Of a stretch of DNA of 29,517 nt, positions 1 to 8,050 are shown in pieces. Both the position numbers and the translations under genes were made by a program. Each line of letters starts with the position of its first letter. The first letter of the stretch is position 1. The notes under the pieces are model-generated. The model saw nothing but the letters and a program-made list of their open reading frames with translations, did no database searches and was not told the origin of the DNA. This stretch comes from a bacterium (GTDB taxonomy: Bacteria > UBP14 > UBA6098 > B30-G16), in assembly GCA_003645115.1 (NCBI GenBank), contig QNEG01000001.1, positions 1 to 29,517 on the forward strand, written 5' to 3'.

Positions 1-2610
1 CTTCAGGTCTATCCCGACGGTGAGTGTGAAAATTGTATGTCGTCGGCTATTTATAATTATATGGACGATGGATTTCCCTCACTGAATTTCAAAATATATC
101 TTATGCCGATTTCTGAATTCAATGTTAGTGCGGTAACCGATAGTTCGTTTCTTTTGGTGCAGTTTATCGATTCGGCAGGAGCAATTTATGAACCTGAAAC
201 ACTGCAATTTTACTTCTTCGATGTGGTTATGTTCGGTGTTTCAGATTGTTATGCTTCTCACTCACTCTCCACATCTTATGATTTGACTCCCACCTCGGCA
301 AATGCGGTTAGAGAATTTGTCCTTGCCGGTAAAGGTATTTTGTTGACTCATGATACTGCTATTAACCACACCGGATGTTATGGCGGCGGATATCATACAA
401 ATTTCCTATCCTTATCGGAAATTACCGGTTTAACCGCTGTGGACGCAAGTATCGGTTCATCCGGCGGATTATTTACATCGGTTCACCGTGTTTTCACCGG
501 TGCTCATTCGATTTTTAATATTCCATTTGAAATTCCCGATTCATTCTCCACAATTAGCACTCACGCTTTGGGTCAAAGATTGGTAGCAGGCGACATTCTA
601 TACAGCGGCGATACCGGTGCGGATGATAGTATTTGCATCTATTGGCAAAACTATCATAATCTTGAATTAAACACATTCTCAAGTTTCTTCAGCTATGGAC
701 ATACAGCAACAGTTCCAGCGGAATGGGAAGCGAAAGCGATGATAAATTCTATATACTATTCATATCACGGCGGTATCGGTTCTGGAGTATATACCAGTGA
801 AGCAATAGAATTCAGTTCCAGTGGAATGCTTATGGTAAATTGGAGTGCGGATGTTCCCACCGGTGCGTCCATTAATATAGAAGTCGCTATCGATACTTGC
901 CTTGGAACCGAGGAATGTTGGACTGAATGGTTCACTCCCAGTGCAGTCCCGGAAATCGCGTTCGATAAACTAAAATATCGTGTGGGGATGTCACCCAATG
1001 CCGACGATGAAAGTCCAATATTACACTGGATACAATTTGCCACCGGCGCTACATCTGCCGACACTATTTTCGCCGATGGCATACTGGATACTCGACCACC
1101 CACTGTATCGGCAGAATGCCCACCCGATACTGTCCAATATGGAGATACTATATCATTGGATTGGGAAATCGACGATTTATTCCCCAACAGCGATGAACCC
1201 TGCTCGATATTTGTAAATTATTGTGAGGGAATGGATACATTTTTATCCACAGAACCGATGGTTTGGACACCGCTTCCGGTGGTTTGCGAAAGTGCCTATG
1301 TGGCAATCTCCGCACCAGATTCATTCTGCAATTGGGGCTATGATACCTGCCGATTCACCATACTAGCGGCGGGAAGTATTCGAGTGGCATTTCCGGAAAC
1401 ATCTGCTCTCGCCTGCGATACAATCGATATACCAATCGATATAGTGGATATGTATCTTCCACTGGCACAAGAATTCACCATATGGTTCAGCATCAATAGT
1501 TCGGTGGCGACACCACTGGAATTTATCCCAGAAATAACACCGCCTGCCGATTCTGTAGAATTCGGTGGTGCTGGAAACTATTGGTATATCAAATTCCTCT
1601 GGGATTCCCGTGTCTATTTCGAAAACGATATATTCGGGAACTTACGATTGGCAATAAATTGTTCTTCTATAGGAGGCGATTTTACTCCACTACATTTCGA
1701 TTCCATTTCTACCGATTTGATGGAAACCTATTGGGATAACGGACTTATCGCTATAGAATACAATCCAGCGCAGTGGATACAGGTGCTTCGTTTCGATGAC
1801 CCCAGTGAAGAGAAGCCACGCGCTACACTGGGATTTGGAAATGCTACCGATGCCAGCGATGGTTATGACCCAGCTTATGATATTATCTATGTTCCACCGC
1901 CACCGACCGATATTGGTGTCTGGTTCGCATTGGATGACCCTGCCATTACAAGATTAAAGCGAGATGTGAAAGATATGGAACCGATTAATACCTGGACTGT
2001 GATAAATACAGAAAGTCGTGAATTATATGTCCACTGGGACCCCCGTGGTTTCGATGAAGGACTATATTTACTCAATGGATATCAGGATATGAATGCGGAC
2101 ACAGATTACTATTCAGAACCTTACGAGACGCTGATTATCACCTGGTCACTGCCAGACTGGGAACGAACCACTATAAATCTTTATCCAGGTTGGAATTTGG
2201 TTTCAATACCGGTTCGGAATCCCAGTGGTTCTCCAGAATCTATTTTCCCGGGAATACTTTTCGGTCCATTGGGATATAATGCTATGACCAGAGGTTATTA
2301 TCTTGCCAGCAGAGTTGCTGGTGGCGCTGGATATTGGGTATTCAGCCTGGATGAAACAGAAATCCCAATTATCGGTCTCCCTATGGAAAATTATTCACGA
2401 AATGTATTCCGTGGCTGGAATTTGGTGGGTGCGACTATAATTCCCACTCCAGTGGATTCTACGGAAATTTCACCAGCTGGCTCTATTTTATCCACTTTCA
2501 AATACAATACAGGAACAAGAAGTTATGATATTGCAGATACATTTAATCCCGGATTGGGATACTGGATATTTGTAACTAATGATGGTATCCTTTGGGTGCC
2601 TATCGAATAG
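1..2610 (+). CDS. Large modular secreted/surface protein, 5'-truncated by the window edge. N-terminal DUF5057/class-I-GATase-like region; C-terminal cohesin-like domain and two GWNL..GYW repeats; paralog of 4469..7693
   Basis: Frame 1 is open from base 1 (LQVYPDGECENC-MSS...), so the ORF-track start at 37 is internal. Motif 'FDVVMFGVSDC...REFVLAGKGILLTHDT'. Residues from base 1087 to the end align with 6161..7693. Confidence 0.85.
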   Translation, partial: LQVYPDGECENCMSSAIYNYMDDGFPSLNFKIYLMPISEFNVSAVTDSSFLLVQFIDSAGAIYEPETLQFYFFDVVMFGVSDCYASHSLSTSYDLTPTSANAVREFVLAGKGILLTHDTAINHTGCYGGGYHTNFLSLSEITGLTAVDASIGSSGGLFTSVHRVFTGAHSIFNIPFEIPDSFSTISTHALGQRLVAGDILYSGDTGADDSICIYWQNYHNLELNTFSSFFSYGHTATVPAEWEAKAMINSIYYSYHGGIGSGVYTSEAIEFSSSGMLMVNWSADVPTGASINIEVAIDTCLGTEECWTEWFTPSAVPEIAFDKLKYRVGMSPNADDESPILHWIQFATGATSADTIFADGILDTRPPTVSAECPPDTVQYGDTISLDWEIDDLFPNSDEPCSIFVNYCEGMDTFLSTEPMVWTPLPVVCESAYVAISAPDSFCNWGYDTCRFTILAAGSIRVAFPETSALACDTIDIPIDIVDMYLPLAQEFTIWFSINSSVATPLEFIPEITPPADSVEFGGAGNYWYIKFLWDSRVYFENDIFGNLRLAINCSSIGGDFTPLHFDSISTDLMETYWDNGLIAIEYNPAQWIQVLRFDDPSEEKPRATLGFGNATDASDGYDPAYDIIYVPPPPTDIGVWFALDDPAITRLKRDVKDMEPINTWTVINTESRELYVHWDPRGFDEGLYLLNGYQDMNADTDYYSEPYETLIITWSLPDWERTTINLYPGWNLVSIPVRNPSGSPESIFPGILFGPLGYNAMTRGYYLASRVAGGAGYWVFSLDETEIPIIGLPMENYSRNVFRGWNLVGATIIPTPVDSTEISPAGSILSTFKYNTGTRSYDIADTFNPGLGYWIFVTNDGILWVPIE
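1087..2610 (+). repeat. Copy 1 of a duplicated ~510-aa C-terminal coding block (copy 2 at 6161..7693)
   Basis: Colinear protein matches, e.g. DWEIDDLFPN/DWEIDDYFPN, DSFCNWGYDTCRF/DSFCNWGFDTCRF, LLNGYQDMNADTDY/LLNGYQDMRADTDY, PGWNLVSIPV/PGWNLVSVPV. The DNA is diverged, so the duplication is old. Confidence 0.9.
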
Positions 2611-2620
2611 ATAAAATAAA

Positions 2621-3307
2621 ATGAACAAACTCGTGCTGATAACATTACTTTTTATCGGTTTGCTATTCGCTGATGGAAATATGCGACAGGAACGGATATT
2701 CTCCGGGCAAACTTTCGCCGAGGAGGACGAAGCTGGTAAACCTAAAAACACCTGGACTGCCATTGGGCTTTCTTTGCTACTTCCTGGAATGGGAGAAAGA
2801 TATCTGGGAGTAAAATCATCGGGAATACCGTTCACTATCGCCGATGGAATTATCTGGTCTTCTGCGGTTTCATTCGCCGTTGCGGGATATTGGAAAGAAA
2901 GTGAGTATAAAACTTTTTCTGCAAAATATGCTGGAGTGCAGGTTGTCGGAAAAGATGATGAATTCTTCCGAACTATCGGTCTATATTCTGATAGGGATAC
3001 ATATAATTATATCTCTCGTTTGGTGTATCGTGAAGAGGCATTCATATATCCGGAGACAGCGGAGTGGAATTGGAATTGGCGAACAGAGGAACAACAATTA
3101 AGATATTATGATATGTGGACATCATCGGAGCGAATGTGGAGAAATTTTAAAATCGCACTAGGCGCCGCCGCAGTAAACCGAGTGGTTAGTGTAATAAATG
3201 TATTTCGATTAGCTCGTGGAGGCGCAGGATGGAATGTCTCCGCATATACATATCCAACTCCTAACAATGATATTACTGTTTCGGTATCTATCGATATCGA
3301 TTTTTAA
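2621..3307 (+). CDS. Signal-peptide membrane protein, DUF5683-like, with a C-terminal Phe (possible outer-membrane beta-signal)
   Basis: Signal peptide MNKLVLITLLFIGLLFA; 'AIGLSLLLPGMGERYLG' resembles the S(A/L)xLPGxGQxY motif; ends VSVSIDIDF. Confidence 0.65.
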   Translation: MNKLVLITLLFIGLLFADGNMRQERIFSGQTFAEEDEAGKPKNTWTAIGLSLLLPGMGERYLGVKSSGIPFTIADGIIWSSAVSFAVAGYWKESEYKTFSAKYAGVQVVGKDDEFFRTIGLYSDRDTYNYISRLVYREEAFIYPETAEWNWNWRTEEQQLRYYDMWTSSERMWRNFKIALGAAAVNRVVSVINVFRLARGGAGWNVSAYTYPTPNNDITVSVSIDIDF

Positions 3308-3325
3308 AATAACTATGGGGGAACG

Positions 3326-4429
3326 ATGAAAAAGATATATATAATTGTTTTTTTAATTCTGGGAGCAATTTATTCGCAGGAATATGTCTCTCTCAGTAAT
3401 GGTTATGTGGGAATAGTAGTGGATAAATCCACTGGCCAGTTTGCAATCGGAGATATGTCCAGTCGAGGAGTTATCGAGGGTTATCCTAATGACCCCGCAT
3501 ATACACACTTCTGCCTGAAATTTAACGAAAGTTTTTACTGCAACGATACCACTATCGGCGACGAACACTTTATAATCAGAGATTCTGCTCAAGTAGTTGA
3601 AAACACTATCTCTATGGTCTGGAATGTCGGCACCAACCGGGTCTGGGAAAAATTTTACACTCTCGAGGACGACAGCCTGACAGGTTTTATTTATATCGAA
3701 TATGTATTCTACAACGACCATCCATCAGAAAGTGCCATAGTTGGATTTACCGAATATATGGATATTCGTATCGGCGATAATGACGACCCCACAATAGTTC
3801 TTCCCGCACAAATCCTGGAAATCGAGCGAAAATTCGTGGACTTTCAGGTGCCCGCATACTGGACATTTTTTGAGGATTATGAGGACACCAATTCATTTCT
3901 CGGACAAGGTGTCCCATTTGGCAGAGAAGAAATTTATGTCGATGCCGTGATTTTCAGCGATGTGGAGTATATCGATACCATTACCTGGGATTATATGGCA
4001 TTGGCTCGCACTATCGATGACCTGGCTATATTTATGCGATGGAATACGAGAGTGGTAAATCCATACGAATTATATGTAATGGGACATTATTATGGACTGG
4101 GCTATCCCGATGCCAGTATCCAGGAGATGCTGGAAAAATTAGTCCCATCCAAATTTATATTGGGAGCACCATTCCCTAATCCTACTAATGGCGTAACTTC
4201 CATTAAAATCGAGATATTAGACTATAATCAGGATATAGATATAGAAATAATAGATATTCAGGGTCGGCTGGTGGATAAGATATATTCGGGTAGTTTAAAA
4301 CCGGGGACATATTATTATCGATGGGATTTGAAAGACCACACCGGACAGGATGTCCCATCGGGAATTTACTATTTCCGTGTCCATTCTAATCCAGGAGTAA
4401 ATTGCCGCCCTGTGATAATTGTAAGATAA
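3326..4429 (+). CDS. Secreted protein: uncharacterised ~240-aa head domain plus T9SS type A / FlgD-Ig-like C-terminal domain
   Basis: GGGGGA SD; signal peptide; C-terminus 'FILGAPFPNPTN...IEIIDIQGRLV...RWDLKDHTGQDVPSGIYYFRV...VIIVR'. Confidence 0.85.
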   Translation: MKKIYIIVFLILGAIYSQEYVSLSNGYVGIVVDKSTGQFAIGDMSSRGVIEGYPNDPAYTHFCLKFNESFYCNDTTIGDEHFIIRDSAQVVENTISMVWNVGTNRVWEKFYTLEDDSLTGFIYIEYVFYNDHPSESAIVGFTEYMDIRIGDNDDPTIVLPAQILEIERKFVDFQVPAYWTFFEDYEDTNSFLGQGVPFGREEIYVDAVIFSDVEYIDTITWDYMALARTIDDLAIFMRWNTRVVNPYELYVMGHYYGLGYPDASIQEMLEKLVPSKFILGAPFPNPTNGVTSIKIEILDYNQDIDIEIIDIQGRLVDKIYSGSLKPGTYYYRWDLKDHTGQDVPSGIYYFRVHSNPGVNCRPVIIVR

Positions 4430-4468
4430 AACATAACAAACATAGTTTACTTTTAGGGGGTTTGAATT

Positions 4469-7400
4469 ATGCATAACAAATTTATTTTTACCCTATTATT
4501 ACTATTGTCGATTTCTGGTTTCCTGTGGGCAGAATATCCTGCCGGATATTTCTATGCTATATTTCGGGGCGATACTTTCTGTCTGGAGCCGGTTATCACC
4601 GATTCAGTCACCGAGGCAGAATGGTTCGATTACACATCGGCGAGTATGCACACTGGTTTTGAAACTGAATATGAAACTCATTTCTTCTTCTTCTATAATC
4701 CGATGACTGGAAATATCGGTTTTGTAGTCCAGCATAATATAGATGAATTCGGCACCACCGATGCTACTTGTATTCTCTATCTGGATGGATTACCTTCAGG
4801 TTGTTCACTCGCTATGAGTGATGATTCAGGAGAATTCGATTTGTCCGCATACCCGCAAGGTAATTGGCACTGGTGGGATAATACCGATGGTGGCGCATTC
4901 TACATTCCCAGAGATGAATGGCAATTTACTCTGCGCACCACTTTCGGAAGCATTGACCCCATCCGCTCTATGTGGTTCATATCCGGAAATGATGGCAGTG
5001 ATGAAATATACATAGATACCGTGATAATCGACCAAGAGGATACCATTTTGGTGGGACACGGTTTCCTGCAATTGTTAACATTTGTCGATACTATCGGTTT
5101 CGATAGTTTGAATGTCCACAGCGCAGATACTTTTCTTTTCCCGGTGTGCAATTCCGATGAAACTATCGATACTTTAAGAATTGGGTCGATTACAAATAAT
5201 CATCCCGAGTCATATACCATAGCGGATTATCCGGAAGTGCTTGCTCCCGGTGATTGCGGTGATATTATGGTGATATTCCATCCCGCCGATACCGGAACAA
5301 TCCGGGATACTATGGTTATCAATACAGAAATCCCTTGTGATTCCAGCACTAAAGTGCCTATATATGGTCGCTCTATACAACCGAGAATAGATTCGGTCTG
5401 GTTCTGGGAGGAAACCGATTGTGATGGACAGAATATTGTCGAAATATGCTATGATTTCTATGGTGATGAAGAATCATTCTTCCCTATAGATGTTCAATTT
5501 ACTCTGGACACATCATCTGGAATGTGGTTCGATTTCACTGAATATACAATACAGGATTACGAAGGAGATATCGACGACTCTGTCCATCCGGGCGAACATT
5601 GTTTCCAATGGATTATGAGCGAAGATATGCCCGATGTGGAAACTGCCGATTTTACTGTCCAGGTATCTGTAGAAATTTCGGAAATACTTACTTTAGAAAT
5701 TCCCAGTCTATCCACTACCACAGAATACTGGGATACTATAACTATGAGTTGGGTTCCTGCTGTGGAAGTATATTATTCTGGTTGGGGTAGCCGAATATTA
5801 CCCGGTTCATCCTGGATATGGGACAGTGTATATAGTGGCGCAATTTATGACCGATGTCTCACTTTCAGGACTATAATCGAGACTCCATCCGATGCTACTA
5901 TCGATTCTGCATCGATTAGTTTCTACGCGGACAACACCGCCACAGTTTATATGAATGGCGATTCTGTTGGCGCAGATACCGATGGTGCTACTTGGACAAC
6001 TATATGGACTTTCGATTTAGCACCATTTATGCACGGTGGCAGTGATACTTTGACCATCGAGGCTTGCGACCTTACTGGTGTCGCAGTGGGATTGGATTTC
6101 TTGGTGAATTTAATCTATGAATCCTATGTCCCAGACCCGGTTATTACTACTGGTCCGGTGGATTCTCATCCACCACTGGTGGAAATCCCCTGCGAATGGG
6201 ATTCTATATTCTACGGCGACACGGTCAGTTTCGACTGGGAAATCGACGATTATTTCCCCAATGCATCTGAACTATGCACCACTGTGGTATTTTATTGCGA
6301 TGGCGCAGATACTTTTATCACCGATGAACCTGTGGAATGGACACCGCCGATGGTGGTGTGCGATAGTGCATATTTTGCTGTTTCTGCCGCTGATTCTTTC
6401 TGCAATTGGGGTTTCGATACCTGTAGATTTTCAGTTATCGCATCGGGTAGCCTGACTGTTAATTTCCCAGAAACATTGGCACTTCCCTGCGACACTATCG
6501 AAATTCCCATATATGCTACCGATATTTTCCTTCCGGTGATGCAACAATTTTCTATCTGGTTCAGAATAAATGATGATATAGCAAGTGTAGTGAATTTTAC
6601 TCCCAGTATCGCACCTGTGCAAGATTCTTTCGATTTCGGCGGTAGCGAGGATAACTGGTATATCCATTTTATCTGGGATGGCAGAATAATTATGGAGAGC
6701 GATACTTTCGGATATCTGAAAATCGCACTGGATTGCGACCTTTCCGGTGGCGATATCACGCCACTTTATATCGATTCGGTAAGCACAGATATTATAGATG
6801 TCTATTATAATAATGGGTTCGTGTTAATCGAATATACTCCCGAGCAGTGGTTACATGTAATCCGGTTGGATGACCCCGATTATGAAAAGGACCAGGTCAG
6901 TCTCTCATTCGGCAATGCCAGTGGTGCCAGTGATGGCTACGATGCTTCGTATGATATAATTTATGTCACTCCTCCCCTGTCGGATATCGATGCTTGGTTC
7001 TGGTTGTCCGATTCGGGATATCCAGCATATAGAAAATTGTCCAGAGATATCCGTGATATGGAACCTGTAAATGAATGGCGACTGATAATAAACGAGGGAA
7101 GAGATTTATATGTCCACTGGGATAGGCGAACTCTGGATGAGGGAATCTATCTGTTAAATGGATATCAGGATATGCGAGCGGACACCGACTATTTTGCCGA
7201 GCCATACGAGACATTGACTATCACCTGGTCGATGCCTGAACTGGAAGTTTCCACAATCGATTTATTCCCTGGATGGAATCTGGTTTCCGTGCCGGTGCAT
7301 AATCCATCCGGAGATATGACTGCTATTTTCCCCTGGATAGTGGTCGGTCCATTGGGATATAATGCGGAAACCCGCTCATATTATATTGCCGAGAGAATCC

Positions 7401-7693
7401 AACCCGGTGCGGGATATTGGGTATTCTCATCGGAGGAGATGGAAATCCCTATGATAGGCACTCCAGTGGAAAATTACGCATTGGAGGTGAAAACAGGCTG
7501 GAATCTGGTGGGTGCGACCATTTCTCCTGTTCTATTAGATGAAATCGCAGTATTGCCCACTGCATCTATAATTTCGCTATTCAAGTATAATGCAATATCG
7601 CATTCATACGATATAGCAGACATATTACAGCCCGGACGGGGATATTGGATATTTATCACTAATAATGGCACATTATTGGTCCCAGCAGATTGA
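4469..7693 (+). CDS. Large modular secreted protein (1074 aa): N-terminal unknown domain, ASH/choice-of-anchor-D-like Ig domain, galactose-binding-like beta-sandwich, cohesin-like domain, two GWNL..GYW repeats
   Basis: AGGGG SD; signal peptide MHNKFIFTLLLLLSISGFLWA; 'FPVCN...LAPGDCGDIMVIFHPADTGTIRDTMVINT' (ASH-like); 'WIW...TFRT...YADNTATVYMNG...GSDTLTIEA' (sugar-binding-like); C-terminal half paralogous to ORF 1..2610. Confidence 0.85.
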   Translation: MHNKFIFTLLLLLSISGFLWAEYPAGYFYAIFRGDTFCLEPVITDSVTEAEWFDYTSASMHTGFETEYETHFFFFYNPMTGNIGFVVQHNIDEFGTTDATCILYLDGLPSGCSLAMSDDSGEFDLSAYPQGNWHWWDNTDGGAFYIPRDEWQFTLRTTFGSIDPIRSMWFISGNDGSDEIYIDTVIIDQEDTILVGHGFLQLLTFVDTIGFDSLNVHSADTFLFPVCNSDETIDTLRIGSITNNHPESYTIADYPEVLAPGDCGDIMVIFHPADTGTIRDTMVINTEIPCDSSTKVPIYGRSIQPRIDSVWFWEETDCDGQNIVEICYDFYGDEESFFPIDVQFTLDTSSGMWFDFTEYTIQDYEGDIDDSVHPGEHCFQWIMSEDMPDVETADFTVQVSVEISEILTLEIPSLSTTTEYWDTITMSWVPAVEVYYSGWGSRILPGSSWIWDSVYSGAIYDRCLTFRTIIETPSDATIDSASISFYADNTATVYMNGDSVGADTDGATWTTIWTFDLAPFMHGGSDTLTIEACDLTGVAVGLDFLVNLIYESYVPDPVITTGPVDSHPPLVEIPCEWDSIFYGDTVSFDWEIDDYFPNASELCTTVVFYCDGADTFITDEPVEWTPPMVVCDSAYFAVSAADSFCNWGFDTCRFSVIASGSLTVNFPETLALPCDTIEIPIYATDIFLPVMQQFSIWFRINDDIASVVNFTPSIAPVQDSFDFGGSEDNWYIHFIWDGRIIMESDTFGYLKIALDCDLSGGDITPLYIDSVSTDIIDVYYNNGFVLIEYTPEQWLHVIRLDDPDYEKDQVSLSFGNASGASDGYDASYDIIYVTPPLSDIDAWFWLSDSGYPAYRKLSRDIRDMEPVNEWRLIINEGRDLYVHWDRRTLDEGIYLLNGYQDMRADTDYFAEPYETLTITWSMPELEVSTIDLFPGWNLVSVPVHNPSGDMTAIFPWIVVGPLGYNAETRSYYIAERIQPGAGYWVFSSEEMEIPMIGTPVENYALEVKTGWNLVGATISPVLLDEIAVLPTASIISLFKYNAISHSYDIADILQPGRGYWIFITNNGTLLVPAD
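6161..7693 (+). repeat. Copy 2 of the duplicated ~510-aa C-terminal coding block
   Basis: Aligns residue-for-residue, with one small indel, to 1087..2610. Confidence 0.9.
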
Positions 7694-7895
7694 TTACAAA
7701 ATTGCGGAGAAAATGGGGAAGAATTATTGTTTGGTAAAAATTCAAAGATTGCCTAAACCAGCCTGTTGGTTGAAATCAACTGCAATGAATAAAAAACATC
7801 GAACACACAACATTTTCATTGCCGTCCTGCCGCATTGGCATAGAATAGATGGAAATCCAGATGGATGATTTGCGGGGGAATGTTGTAGGTGCGAC

Positions 7896-7909
7896 CCCGA
7901 CGCATCGGG
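7896..7909. repeat. Small GC-rich palindrome CCCGA-cgca-TCGGG, preceded by GTAGGTGCG (REP-like appearance)
   Basis: Perfect 5-bp stem with a 4-nt loop in an AT-rich intergenic region; GTAG tetranucleotide at 7885. Only one copy in the window. Confidence 0.3.
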
Positions 7910-7976
7910 ATTCCCAGATTTGCCGATTACATCTTGTGGATATAAAACCGCATTTCTTCCTTTTTTTAAAAAATAG

Positions 7977-8005
7977 TTGGAATATTATAAGAGATATGCT
8001 ATATT
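7977..8005 (+). promoter_or_regulatory. Putative sigma70-type promoter for the S8 protease (extended -10)
   Basis: TTGGAA(7977-7982)-N17-TATATT(8000-8005), with TG at 7997-7998; GGGGGA SD just before the ATG at 8051. Confidence 0.45.
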
Positions 8006-8050
8006 TATATAATTTATGATAAAAAACTTACATTAAACTGGGGGGATAAA

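Noticed and set aside
3315-3329. Four-codon upstream ORF (MGER-stop) whose TGA overlaps the ATG at 3326
   Set aside because: It arises simply from ATG preceding the G-rich SD; likely chance.
1087-7693. Diversity-generating retroelement or gene-conversion cassette between the paralogs
   Set aside because: Differences are spread over all bases rather than adenine-specific, there is no long near-identical DNA repeat, and no reverse transcriptase is in the window.
7730-7790. Possible c-di-GMP-I riboswitch (GCCTAAACC segment)
   Set aside because: The required GG(C/Y)AAA...GAAA and GACGCAAAG elements are missing; only a short chance match.
7665-7868. 67-aa ORF, or a 51-aa version from ATG 7713 after GGAG
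   Set aside because: Overlaps the upstream stop or has only a 3-nt SD spacer, and shows no recognisable features; it cannot be supported as a gene.
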